Positions 38,110 through 48,300 of a stretch of DNA of 57,376 nt are shown one piece after another. The stretch's first letter is position 1, and every line of letters starts with the position of its first letter. Both the position numbers and the translations under genes were made by a program. The notes beneath the pieces were generated by a model. That model was not told the origin of the DNA and did no database searches. It saw nothing but the letters and a program-made list of their open reading frames with translations. The stretch lies in the sequence record SRR2962707_4331. One strand, given 5' to 3'.

Positions 38110-38973
38110 ATGAAGCTGCGTCAGATCGAGTATGTGCTGGCGGTGGCGGAGGAAGGCAGTTTCACCGCCGCCGCCCGCCGCTGTCATATTGTGCAATCGG
38201 CACTGAGTCATCAGGTGGCGCAGCTCGAACAGCAGTTGGGGACGATCCTGTTTGAACGTAACTCCCGTTCCTTGCGGCTTACTCCCGCCGGCGAGGCGTT
38301 CGTCGAGAGCGGTCGGCGGGCTTTGGATGCGGTACGCCGTATCGGAGACGAAGTGGCCGCGCGCAGCGGTGAAGTCCGTGGCCGGCTTTCTCTGGGGACC
38401 ATCTCCACACTGACCGAACCGGACGTGATCGGGCTGACGGCCCAGTTTCATCGCCGCTACCCCCACGTGGACATTGAGATGAGCATGGACGGCAGCGAAC
38501 GGATGATCGATCGCATGCACGAACACAGCCTGGATCTGGCCTTTGTCGGTCTCTGGCCCGGGGTGGTGATTGAACGGCTGGAAAGTGCTGATCTGTGCGA
38601 AGAAGAGCTGGTGGCGTTGCTGCCCCGGGAGCACCCTCTGACCCAGTGCCGGAGGGTCGGTCTGGAGCAACTGACCGAATGGCCGATGGCGGACTTTGGC
38701 GAGGGAAGCGGGGCCCGCCAGCAGTCGGAGGAAGCGTTCGCCGCCGCGGGCCTGCGTTACGCGGTCCGGTTCGAGGTGAGTACCATTTCGCTGTTGGTGG
38801 ATATCGTCCGCCGCGGCCTGGCGATCGGCCTGATTCCCGCCAGCCTCGCCCCGCGCCTGGCCGGCGTGTGCACACGGCCGGTGCGGGAAGCGCCGCGCCG
38901 GGTGGTGCGGGCGGTATGGCACCCCAACCCGACACCGGCGACGCGGGCCTTTCTGGCGCTGCTCGATCTTTAG
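38110..38973 (+). CDS. LysR-family transcriptional regulator
   Basis: [24 protein letters not shown]...LFER...LTPAG HTH; divergent from the MFS gene. Confidence 0.93.
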   Translation: MKLRQIEYVLAVAEEGSFTAAARRCHIVQSALSHQVAQLEQQLGTILFERNSRSLRLTPAGEAFVESGRRALDAVRRIGDEVAARSGEVRGRLSLGTISTLTEPDVIGLTAQFHRRYPHVDIEMSMDGSERMIDRMHEHSLDLAFVGLWPGVVIERLESADLCEEELVALLPREHPLTQCRRVGLEQLTEWPMADFGEGSGARQQSEEAFAAAGLRYAVRFEVSTISLLVDIVRRGLAIGLIPASLAPRLAGVCTRPVREAPRRVVRAVWHPNPTPATRAFLALLDL

Positions 38974-39515
38974 CTGTTGGCCTGTTTCTCCATCATGTCG
39001 GCCTGAATGATCTCGATCCAGTAACCGTCGGGATCACGAATGAAGCCGAGGCCTTTCATTTTGCCCTCGTCCGGCTTCTTGACGAAGTCCACGCCCAGTT
39101 TCTCGAAGCGTTCGCAGGCGGCATAGACGTCCGGCACGGTGACGCCGATATGGCCGAAGCCGCGCGGGTCGTCATTGCCGTTGTGGTAGCTGAAATCCGC
39201 CTCTTTTTCCGTGCCCCAGTTGTGAGTCAGCTCCAGCATCGCTTCGCGGCCAAAGGTGTAGGTCAGCCGCGCGGCGGCGTCCTCGGGCACGCGATTTTCT
39301 TCGTCCGGTGCAAGATAGCCCAGGAAGTAGAGGCTGAACTGCATTTCCGGGAAGTCCAGTTTGCGCACCAGACGCATACCCAGAACACGGGAGTAGAAGT
39401 CCAGGCTGCGTTCGGGATCCTTGATCCGCAGCATGGTCTGATTGAACAGGTAATGGTTGGTTTCCGCGTCCGGCTTTTCGCACAGGCCGGGAGCGGATTC
39501 AAAGTGGCGGGGCAT
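38970..39515 (-). CDS. gloA: Lactoylglutathione lyase (glyoxalase I), long type
   Basis: [26 protein letters not shown] and DPDGYWIEI motifs. Confidence 0.94.
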   Translation of the reverse strand: MPRHFESAPGLCEKPDAETNHYLFNQTMLRIKDPERSLDFYSRVLGMRLVRKLDFPEMQFSLYFLGYLAPDEENRVPEDAAARLTYTFGREAMLELTHNWGTEKEADFSYHNGNDDPRGFGHIGVTVPDVYAACERFEKLGVDFVKKPDEGKMKGLGFIRDPDGYWIEIIQADMMEKQANS

Positions 39516-39638
39516 AGTGTGCTCTCCAATAAAACGGCTCCCCAGCACATGGGGTTGAGCGCCGCTTTTACAACTCCTCACGGACAAAATCCGCCGAATC
39601 GCGCAGACTGCGGTCAGGACACAACGGGGATTCGGACC

Positions 39639-41087
39639 ATGCAGCAGCTTTTGATCGGCGGTACGGAACAGGGGCGGATTGCACTCAACGGGGCCATGGC
39701 CAACCGCCATGGATTGATCGCTGGTGCCACCGGTACCGGAAAAACCGTGACCTTGCAGGTGCTGGCGGAGGGCTTCTCACGTCTGGGCGTGCCGGTATTC
39801 ACCGCTGATGTGAAAGGGGATTTGTCCGGTATCGCCGTGGCCGGCAAGAGCAACGACAAGATCCAGGAGCGGGTTCAGCGCATCGGCATCACTGATTGGG
39901 CCGCCGAGGCCTGCCCGGCCCGGCTGTGGGATCTGTATGGCCGCACCGGCCAGGCGGTCCGCACCACCGTGGCGGACATGGGGCCGGCGCTGCTGAGCAA
40001 TTTGCTGGAGCTCAATGAGGTGCAAAGCGGAGTGCTCCATATCGCCTTCGACTACGCCGAAAGCGAGGATCTGCCGCTGCTGGATCTGAAGGATATGGAA
40101 AGCCTGCTGAACTGGATGGTGGAGCAACGCAAACCATTGTCCGAACGCTATGGCACGCTCTCCTCGCAGAGCCTCGGTGCTATTTTGCGCCGGCTGCTGG
40201 TGTTGAAGAACCAGGGCGGTGATGTGTTCTTCGGTGAGCCGGCGCTGGATATCATGGATCTGATACAGCAGCAGAACGGCCAGGGCGTGGTCAATCTGCT
40301 GGATGGCCGTGAGTTGATTCTGCGGCCCCGGCTATACACCACGTTTCTGCTCTGGCTGCTGGCGGAATTATTCGAACGGTTGCCGGAGCGCGGCGACCAG
40401 CCCTTGCCGTTACTGGTGTTCTTTTTCGACGAGGCCCATTTGCTGTTCGACAGCGCGCCGAAAGCGCTACTGGAAAAACTCGAACAAACAGTAAGGCTGA
40501 TCCGCTCCAAGGGGGTTGGTATTTACTTCGTCACGCAATCGCCGTCCGATATTCCCGACAGTGTGCTGGGCCAGCTCGGTAACCGGGTGCAACACGCTTT
40601 GCGAGCCTACACCCCCAAGGATCAGAAAGCAGTGAAAGTGGCGGCCCAGACTTTCCGCGCCAACCCCGATCTGGATACCGCCCGGGTGATCACCGAGCTG
40701 GGTGTCGGCGAAGCATTGGTCAGCGTGCTCGACGATCAGGGTATCCCGACGCCGGTGGAACGTACCCTGGTGGCACCGCCACGCAGCCGCATCGGGCCGG
40801 CCGACGAGGAGGCTTTGGCGCAACTGAAAGCGGCGTCCCCGTTGGCCGCCAAATACGATCAAACGGAGGATCGGGACTCCGCCCACGAGCGTCTGCAGGC
40901 TCGCCGCCAGCGGCAGAAGGAGGCGGAACAGGCGAAACCGGAGCCGGAGAAAAAAGCCAGCATGAAGCGGACCTCGCGCCGGCAGAGCGCCGGCGAGGCT
41001 TTTACCAAGAGTTTGCTGAGAACCCTGGCCACGCAACTGGGTCGGGTACTGGTTCGAGTGTTGGAGCGGTTTCTGAAGCGGCGTTGA
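39639..41087 (+). CDS. DUF853 / YjgR HerA-like P-loop ATPase
   Basis: [15 protein letters not shown] (Walker A), FFFDEAH (Walker B), IRSKGVG and [12 protein letters not shown]. Confidence 0.92.
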   Translation: MQQLLIGGTEQGRIALNGAMANRHGLIAGATGTGKTVTLQVLAEGFSRLGVPVFTADVKGDLSGIAVAGKSNDKIQERVQRIGITDWAAEACPARLWDLYGRTGQAVRTTVADMGPALLSNLLELNEVQSGVLHIAFDYAESEDLPLLDLKDMESLLNWMVEQRKPLSERYGTLSSQSLGAILRRLLVLKNQGGDVFFGEPALDIMDLIQQQNGQGVVNLLDGRELILRPRLYTTFLLWLLAELFERLPERGDQPLPLLVFFFDEAHLLFDSAPKALLEKLEQTVRLIRSKGVGIYFVTQSPSDIPDSVLGQLGNRVQHALRAYTPKDQKAVKVAAQTFRANPDLDTARVITELGVGEALVSVLDDQGIPTPVERTLVAPPRSRIGPADEEALAQLKAASPLAAKYDQTEDRDSAHERLQARRQRQKEAEQAKPEPEKKASMKRTSRRQSAGEAFTKSLLRTLATQLGRVLVRVLERFLKRR

Positions 41088-41124
41088 AGTGGCGCGGTCT
41101 GTGGGAAACGACCAAAGCGATACG

Positions 41125-41610
41125 TCAGTGCTGGTGGCCGCCCGGACCGTGTACGTGGCGATGAGCGATTTCCTCGGCGCTGGCGTCGCGGATATCCTTC
41201 ACCGAAAGCTGGAAGCGTAAGGCGCGGCCCGCCAGCGGATGGTTGGCGTCCACGTCCACGGTTTTCAAACCCACTTTCACCACGGTGACCAGGCGTGGGC
41301 CCTGCTCGGTTTGCAGCCGGACCACCTTGCCGGGTTTGAGCTTGCCGGCGTGCTTGAAATACTTGGCCGGAAGGCGTTGCCGCAGACTGTCGTCGCGTTC
41401 GCCGTAGGCGTCCGCCGCCGCCAGAGTCACTTCCACATCCTCGCCGACGTCCTTGCCTTCCAGTGCGGCCTCGAGGCCGGGCAGAATGTTCCCGGCGCCA
41501 TGCAGATACAACAGTGGCGCGTCCTCGGCGCTGCGTTCCAGTTCACTGCCATCGGCACCGTCGAGCAGGGTGTAATGCAGGGTAACGACCTTGTCTTTAT
41601 TGATCGGCAT
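41125..41610 (-). CDS. slyD: FKBP-type peptidyl-prolyl isomerase
   Basis: LHY, YLHG, AYGE and DANHPLAG motifs with a short His tail (HRHVHGPGGHQH). Confidence 0.92.
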   Translation of the reverse strand: MPINKDKVVTLHYTLLDGADGSELERSAEDAPLLYLHGAGNILPGLEAALEGKDVGEDVEVTLAAADAYGERDDSLRQRLPAKYFKHAGKLKPGKVVRLQTEQGPRLVTVVKVGLKTVDVDANHPLAGRALRFQLSVKDIRDASAEEIAHRHVHGPGGHQH

Positions 41611-41638
41611 GGGCGAGTCCTCGAAAACGAAGGCGCTA

Positions 41639-42658
41639 TTATGCTTTTCCTTCCGAAGGGACGGAAGCGTTCCGCGCCGTCGTGGTGTCCGGCGCCAGAC
41701 CCAGCGCGGAGCGATCCTCCCCGTGAGCGGCGCGGCGCAACAGAACCAGGGATTGCCGGTACCACAGCCGGCGCCCGCCGGGGCGCCACTTGAAGCGTTT
41801 GTAAGTCCACTGGTACTGGGTTGGCTTGCGGCTGATGCAGCGGGCCAGGTGGTGATTCAGCGCGGACAGAATGGCGCTGTCGTCCCCGGCATTTTCAATG
41901 TCGGGCGCCGGTTCGAAATGCACCTGGATGTCACGCACGCCGCCTTCACCGCGATAGCAGGACACCACGAAAATATGGGGTCGGAAGCGGCGCACCAGTT
42001 TCCCCACCAGCGCCGGAGTGGGTACCGCATGGCCGAAGAACGGCACATAGGGGTTGGCGCGGCTGCCGGGGTTATGGTCGGCCAGCAGCGCCAGGGTGCC
42101 GCCGGCGCGCATGGTGGCCAGCCCCTCCTTGACCCCCTGGCTGTTGGTGGGCACCAGCCGGCAGCCGGTGCGTTCGCGCGCCAGCTTCACCACCTCGTCC
42201 AGCAGCGTGGCCGGGTGCGGCTGGTACATCACGGTGGTGTTGCCTTTCTGCCCCAGATACAGATTGATGTTTTCCCAGCTGCCCTGGTGCAACGACAACA
42301 GCAACACCGGCCGCTCGCTGGCGGAGGCCTCGAGAAAGGCGGCTTCGCCGTGGATATGGGAGAATCGCGCCAGGGTCTCCTCCACCGGCCGGCTCCAGAC
42401 ATGGGCGAACTCAGTGAGAGTGCGGCCCAGCTCGCACACGCTTTGCCGGGCAATCCGGCGTGCTTCGGCCAGGGGCATGTCCGGATAAGCCGCCAGCACG
42501 TTGATCAGGGCAACCCGGTAAGCACTGGCATAGCGTAATGGCACCCGGGTCATCAGTCCCGCCAGAAACGCCCCCAAGCCGGTAGCCACGGGTAATGGCA
42601 GCCACGCAAACAGACGCATCAGCCACCAGAGACGCCGTCCCCGTTGCCGTGGTGTCAT
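41639..42658 (-). CDS. Lipid A lauroyl/lysophospholipid acyltransferase (LpxL/HtrB family)
   Basis: HQGSWE, LADH, VPFFG and PTQYQWTYKRFK motifs. Confidence 0.88.
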   Translation of the reverse strand: MTPRQRGRRLWWLMRLFAWLPLPVATGLGAFLAGLMTRVPLRYASAYRVALINVLAAYPDMPLAEARRIARQSVCELGRTLTEFAHVWSRPVEETLARFSHIHGEAAFLEASASERPVLLLSLHQGSWENINLYLGQKGNTTVMYQPHPATLLDEVVKLARERTGCRLVPTNSQGVKEGLATMRAGGTLALLADHNPGSRANPYVPFFGHAVPTPALVGKLVRRFRPHIFVVSCYRGEGGVRDIQVHFEPAPDIENAGDDSAILSALNHHLARCISRKPTQYQWTYKRFKWRPGGRRLWYRQSLVLLRRAAHGEDRSALGLAPDTTTARNASVPSEGKA

Positions 42659-42805
42659 GTTCCGCTTTCTCCTTGGGTCTCGCTGCCTCCGCCTGCGAAG
42701 GCTGAATTCTTGTGGTCCCGGATCCGGAGTCAAGGTGTGCCGGCGGGGGCCTTCCATGAGCGCATTCTACATGAGTCGCCAAGCAGACCCATGGTCGGCC
42801 CGCGC

Positions 42806-43834
42806 TTAGCTCTGCAAAACAGGGTCAACGGCGGCAACGGTGTCGTGCAAGGGCAGAGTCACGGTTTCGCCATGGGCCGGAACGCGGAATTGTCCGGCGG
42901 GAATACCCCGGGTTGCAAGGGCCCGGGCGAGCAGTTGTGGCGGCTCGTCCATGGGTTCGTCGGTGAGAACGAAGGTTCCCCAATGCATGGCCAGGGAATG
43001 GCGTGCCTGCAGATCCTGATGAATGCGCACGGCTTCTTCCGGATTGATGTGCACCGGCGCCATGAACCAGCGGGGCAGATAGGCGCCGATCGGCAACAGC
43101 GCCGTGTCCACCGGCCCCACCGCCTTGTGGATATCCTGGAACACCGGGGCGTAGCCGGTATCGCCGGCGAAAAACAGACTGAAATCCGGCCACTGCAGGC
43201 GCCAGCCGCACCACAGCGTGGTGTTGCGATCACGGGGGCCACGGCCGCTGAAATGCTGGGTCGGCAGGCAGAATGCCTGAGCCTCGTGCCAGTCCGCGTG
43301 CTGCCACCAGCCCCGCTCGATCACTTCGGTGATGCCTCGGCGGCGCAGCCAGGCGCCGACCCCGGTGGGGGCGAACCAGGTGATCTGATCGCCGAAGCGC
43401 CGTTGCAGCGCGTCCACCGCAGCCCGGTCCAGATGATCATAGTGATTGTGGGAAACCAGCACCGCGTGGATGGGCGGCAGCGCGTCGATGGTCAGCGCCG
43501 GCGGAACGGCGCGCTTGGGGCCGGCGAAGGAAACCGGTGAGCAACGTTCGGAGAACACCGGGTCGGTCAGCAGATTCCAGTTCCGGTATTGGATCAGATA
43601 GGTGCTGTGGCCGATCCAGGTGAAACGCGGTTGCGGTGCCGGCCGGGCCAGCAGGGCCGGGTCCGGTTGCTGTAATGGGAATGGCAAATGGGGCGGGAAA
43701 CGGCCGCGGGTTTCCCTTTGCCAGCGCAGCAACTCCGCCAGTCCGTGATCGGGTGTGGGGTAAAGATTGCGGAAACGTCCGCGGGGCCGGGCATCGCGCC
43801 GTGCCCATTGTTCCAGCAGAGACCAGTCAATCAT
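42806..43834 (-). CDS. MBL-fold hydrolase, NAPE-PLD/RomA-like
   Basis: TWIGHST, TDPVFS, SHNHYDHLD, HFSGR, FAGDTGY, PIGAY and MHWGTF motifs. Confidence 0.9.
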   Translation of the reverse strand: MIDWSLLEQWARRDARPRGRFRNLYPTPDHGLAELLRWQRETRGRFPPHLPFPLQQPDPALLARPAPQPRFTWIGHSTYLIQYRNWNLLTDPVFSERCSPVSFAGPKRAVPPALTIDALPPIHAVLVSHNHYDHLDRAAVDALQRRFGDQITWFAPTGVGAWLRRRGITEVIERGWWQHADWHEAQAFCLPTQHFSGRGPRDRNTTLWCGWRLQWPDFSLFFAGDTGYAPVFQDIHKAVGPVDTALLPIGAYLPRWFMAPVHINPEEAVRIHQDLQARHSLAMHWGTFVLTDEPMDEPPQLLARALATRGIPAGQFRVPAHGETVTLPLHDTVAAVDPVLQS

Positions 43835-44328
43835 TATCGGCGTTGCCCGGCTTGCAGGCCCGCCACCGCCTTTTCCACCGCGTCGAGATCAGGAATCACC
43901 GCCAGATCGCCTCCCATTTGCACATTCATCGCCGCTGCCGGACCGATGTCTCCCGGTTCCTCCCGGGGGGCGCCGGGCGTCACCCGCAGCAATCTTGGTA
44001 TCCCTTGTACCACCATGGCGTAGAAACGGCACGCCCCGGACACCGAATGAAGGATGGCGATGCGTGCTTGTGGCCCGATATGAACGGGACCGGACTCATT
44101 CAGCTTTTCGAAGGACAGCAGCGGCAGTTCCTGCTCACGCCAGTGCATCCAGCCAAGCAGCCATTCCGGGCCGTGGCCGGGCCGGTCCGGGTGGCGCAGC
44201 GGAATCACCTCCGCCACTACCAGGTTGGGAATCAGCCAGGGGCGTTCCGCCATGGGAATCAGCAGACTGGCGATGTCGTCGGGTAGCGTGTCGGGATTGC
44301 GGTCATCGGACAGGGTCTTGTCGAACAT
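43834..44328 (-). CDS. chpC: CheW-like protein ChpC
   Basis: SLLIP...LIPNLVVAEVI, WLLG...WR...LPLLSFE and QGIPR motifs; follows chpB. Confidence 0.88.
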   Translation of the reverse strand: MFDKTLSDDRNPDTLPDDIASLLIPMAERPWLIPNLVVAEVIPLRHPDRPGHGPEWLLGWMHWREQELPLLSFEKLNESGPVHIGPQARIAILHSVSGACRFYAMVVQGIPRLLRVTPGAPREEPGDIGPAAAMNVQMGGDLAVIPDLDAVEKAVAGLQAGQRR

Positions 44329-44353
44329 AATCTTCTCCTTGCATGGGATTGGT

Positions 44354-45373
44354 TCACCTGCCCGGTGCCGATAGTTCCCGGCGTACCTGTTCCACCAATT
44401 GGCCCGCCAGTTGCTCCGGGCTGCCGCTGTAGCTGACACAGCCGGTTTCCCGCACCGAGTCCGGCTGGCTGCTGGCGGCACAGGTGTCCGTCGACTGCGC
44501 CCAGACCATGGTGCCGGAAGCCGCCAGACGCGGCGCGGCGATGGCGCCGTCATTGCCCATGCCGGAAAACAGGATGGCGCCGGCACAGTGGCCGATGCCC
44601 TCCAGGACATGGGTCATCAGTTGGTCGATGCTGGGTGCATAGGGGCCCTCCCAGCGGTTACCAGTGGCGACGACGCGGCCGTCGGAATGAAAACGGATTG
44701 CCTGGTCCACCGGCGCCAGCAGCACCTCGCCGTGGCACAACCGGCTGCCGTCGTCACCGATCCGGCAGCGGATCGAAGGGTTGCGGTCCAGTACCTGGCG
44801 GAGAGTGCCCAGGAATCCGGGATCAATGTGCTGAGCCAGCACGAAGGCCACCGGCAGATGTTCCGGTAACGAGTCGAGAAAACGTTTCACCGCCGCCGGC
44901 CCTCCCAGGCTGGCGCCCAGTACCCAGACTCTCCGTGGGTGGCCCTGGTCTTGCCGCGGCAGATCGCGGAATTCCCGGGGCTCCGGGATCGGTGCTCTGG
45001 TGTCCGGGGGCAGACTTTGCAGGCGCTCCTGCAATGCCGGCGGGCCGACATAGTCCAGCAATTTGCTCAGCAGGCGACGCTCCCAACGGGGATAGTGGGC
45101 GGCATTGCGCGGCGGGGCCTGACCATCGCAGAACAGCAACGGCGCACGAGCACCTTCCAGCAGGCGATCAAGGAAGTGCTGCCAGCGATCTTCCCGGGAC
45201 AGGTCCACCACCCACAGATCCAGATCGCTGTCATCAAGCCAGTGTGCCGCCAGGTTCTCCGGATCGGTGCTGATCACCACCTGATAGCCCTGACCGCGAA
45301 TCGCCGTGGACAGTAAATGGCCTTGCAGGGTGTCATCGGCGATCACGCCGATGCGGGCCGCCGGTGGCGTCAT
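44354..45373 (-). CDS. chpB: CheB-like methylesterase ChpB
   Basis: GASLGG, AQHID and SGMGNDG catalytic motifs; degenerate N-terminal receiver-like domain. Confidence 0.92.
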   Translation of the reverse strand: MTPPAARIGVIADDTLQGHLLSTAIRGQGYQVVISTDPENLAAHWLDDSDLDLWVVDLSREDRWQHFLDRLLEGARAPLLFCDGQAPPRNAAHYPRWERRLLSKLLDYVGPPALQERLQSLPPDTRAPIPEPREFRDLPRQDQGHPRRVWVLGASLGGPAAVKRFLDSLPEHLPVAFVLAQHIDPGFLGTLRQVLDRNPSIRCRIGDDGSRLCHGEVLLAPVDQAIRFHSDGRVVATGNRWEGPYAPSIDQLMTHVLEGIGHCAGAILFSGMGNDGAIAAPRLAASGTMVWAQSTDTCAASSQPDSVRETGCVSYSGSPEQLAGQLVEQVRRELSAPGR

Positions 45374-48300
45374 CCCACGCTCTCCCGGCTTTCCTCCAGC
45401 AATTCGCCGAGGGTGGTGAGCAGCTCACCTTCCTGGAAGGGTTTCCCCATATAGCCGTTGACGCCGATATCGAAAGCCCGGTCACGGTGTTTCTCGCCGG
45501 TTCTGGAAGTGATCATGATGATGGGCACCCGCGCCAGCCGCGCATCATGACGGACATGGGACGCCACCTCGAAGCCATCCATGCGTGGCATTTCAATGTC
45601 CAGCAGCATGGCGTCCGGCGTGTGATCCTCCAGCTTGGCGATGGCGTCCAGACCGTCCTTGGCGGTAACCACGCGGTAGCCCTGACGCTCCAGCAGGCGT
45701 CCGGTGACTTTTCGCACCGTCACCGAATCGTCCACCACCATCACCAGCGGCGCCTGCTCGCGAGCGGCGTCGCGCTGGTCCGCCGGGGCGGTCAACGGTG
45801 CTGGCTGGCGCAACTGGGCGGCGCGGATCAGGGAGTGGATGTCGAGAATAACCACCACCGAGCCGTCGCCGAGGATGGTGGCGCCGCTGATGCCGGCCAC
45901 GCTGGTGAGCTGCGGCCCGAGGGATTTCACCACCACTTCGCGGGAACCCACCAGGCTATCCACCACCAGGGCCACGGCGTGGTCGGAACTGCGGATCAAC
46001 AGCAACGGCAGCGGCTGGCTCTGCACATCCGGATGCGGCATCGGCATGTCATGGACGAAACGGCCCAGGTAATGCAGGTCGTAGTCCTGACCGGCGTAGC
46101 GATACACCAGGTTCTGATTCTCCACATAATCGAGCAGCTCGAACGGACTGACCCGCACGATGCCTTCGATCTGATTGAGCGGAATGGCGTAGGTGTCCTC
46201 GTTGGCGCGCACCATCAAGGCCCGGTTCACCGCCAGGGTGAAAGGCAGGCGCACCACGAAGCGGGTGCCCTGCCCTCGGTGTGATTCGATGCGCACGGTG
46301 CCGCCGAGTTGTTTGATTTCGCTGGCCACCACATCCATGCCGACGCCCCGGCCCGAGAGCTGGGTGACTTGGCTGGCGGTGGAGAAGCCGGCGTGGAAAA
46401 TGAACTGATGCACGTCCTGGTCGCTGGGATTGGCGTCGGCATCGATCAACCCTCGCTCCACCGCTTTGGCGCGCACCGCCTCGGTATTGATACCGCCGCC
46501 GTCATCGGCCAGCGTCAGCACCACCTCGCCGCCCTCGCGGGTCAGTTCCAGGCGCACCTGACCGGTCTCGTTCTTGCCGGCTTCGCGCCGCTCCCGGGGG
46601 GACTCGATGCCGTGGTCGATGGCGTTGCGCAGCATGTGTTCCAGAGGCGCCACCATGCGTTCCATCAAGGTGCGATCCAACTCCCCTTCCGGGTTGATCA
46701 CCTCGAACTCGACCTTCTTGCCGACCTCGCCGGAAACCTGGCGGATGATGCGGCGCAGGCGTGGCACCAGCCGGGAGAACGGCACCATGCGTGTGCGCAT
46801 CAACTTCTCCTGTAGCTCGGTATTGATGCGCTGCTGCTGCAGCAACAGCGTTTCGCTGTCGCGGGTCCGTTCCAGCAAGGTGTTTTTCAGATCCAGCAAG
46901 TCCGAGGCGGATTCGGAGAGCTGCTTGGTAATCTGGTGCAGCTCGGAATACTGGTCCATCTCCAGGGGGTCGAAGCGGGCGTCGAATTCGCCCCGGTTCA
47001 CCCCCTGCTGATAGTTGGAGAGAATCTGGGCTTCGGTTTCCGCGTCCAGTCGGCGCAGCTGTTCGTACAGACGGGTAACGGTGGCACCGATCTCCGACAC
47101 GTGAGCGACAAAGTCGTTGATGCTCTGCTCCACCCGGCCCCGGTTGATGGAAGTTTCCCCGGCCAGGTTGACCAGCGCCTCCAGCACCTCCGCGCTTACC
47201 CGTACCATTTCCTGCGGCGCCGCCGGCGTGGCGGCGGCCGGCTCGGTAGGCGCGCTGGGCGCCGGGAGGGTGTCCGGTGCCCGGGTATCCGCCGGTTGCC
47301 CGCGCAGTTGGCCGCGCTGCTGGTTAATCGCGTCCAGCCAACCGAGCATGGTGAGGAAGTCGTCTTCTTCCGGTGCCCGGCGTTGATTGTCCAGCCGCTC
47401 CAGAAACTGCTCGAAGTCGTGGCTCAGGTCCCCGAGAGGCGCCACCCCGGCCAGCCGCGCGCCGCCCTTGAGAGTGTGCAGAGCCCGCTTGAGCTGGTCA
47501 TTGAGCTGGCGGTCTTCCGGCTGATCCCGCCAGGCGGTCAGGGTTGCTTCAATGGTCTCGCCCAGTTCCTCCGATTCCTCCAGAAAAATATCGAGAATGT
47601 CGGGATCAATGCCGCCGCTATCCCCTCCGCCGGACGATGGCGCGAGCGCGACAGGCTTGGCCTGGGCGGCTTCGGGGGTGACGTCGGAGACGGGAGCCGC
47701 GAGTCTGAAAGCGGACGGATCATTGAGATAGTCATGGATGGCCTGAATTAAATCCCGGGCAGGGGCAAGGGCTTGCCGGGCGGTGACCTGGTCGATCATT
47801 TCCGCCACGCGGTCGTGGCAGCGGTGCAGCAGATCGAAAACCGCCGGCTGTCGCTCCACGCGGCCAAGAGCGAGGCGCTCGTAGAGCGTTTCCATCTCAT
47901 GGCCCAGATCACCCAGCTCGCGGAGTTCGGCCATGCGCGCCCCGCCTTTAAGGGTGTGCAGATCCCGCTGCAGGGCCTGCACCAGCAGAAGGTTCTCCGG
48001 CTCCCCGATCCACCGTTCCAGACTTTCGGTGCAGCTGTGGAGAATGTCCTCCGCCTCTTCCAGAAAGATACCAACCAATTCCGGGTCCCGCTCCTCCGTG
48101 GCGGGTTGAGCGGCCGGCTCCGGGGGCGCGGCCTTCGCCTCCCCCTTCCCCTTCGGTGTCCAGGGCGTGTCGGCCAGTGCCAGCACGTCTTCGAGGACCG
48201 TGTCCGTGGCCGGCAGCGAGCCGGAGCGCAACTGATCGATCATATCGGCCAGGCGATGATGGGCCCGCTGCAGAATATCGAATACCGAAGGCGTCGGCGC

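Noticed and set aside
38595..39638. 830-aa ORF suggesting a large N-terminal extension on the DUF853 ATPase
   Set aside because: The extension overlaps LysR and runs antisense to gloA; DUF853 homology starts at MQQLLIG (39639).
39639..41087. HerA-like ATPase as an anti-phage defence component
   Set aside because: It is the widespread YjgR/DUF853 type, with no adjacent nuclease, Sir2 or other effector gene.
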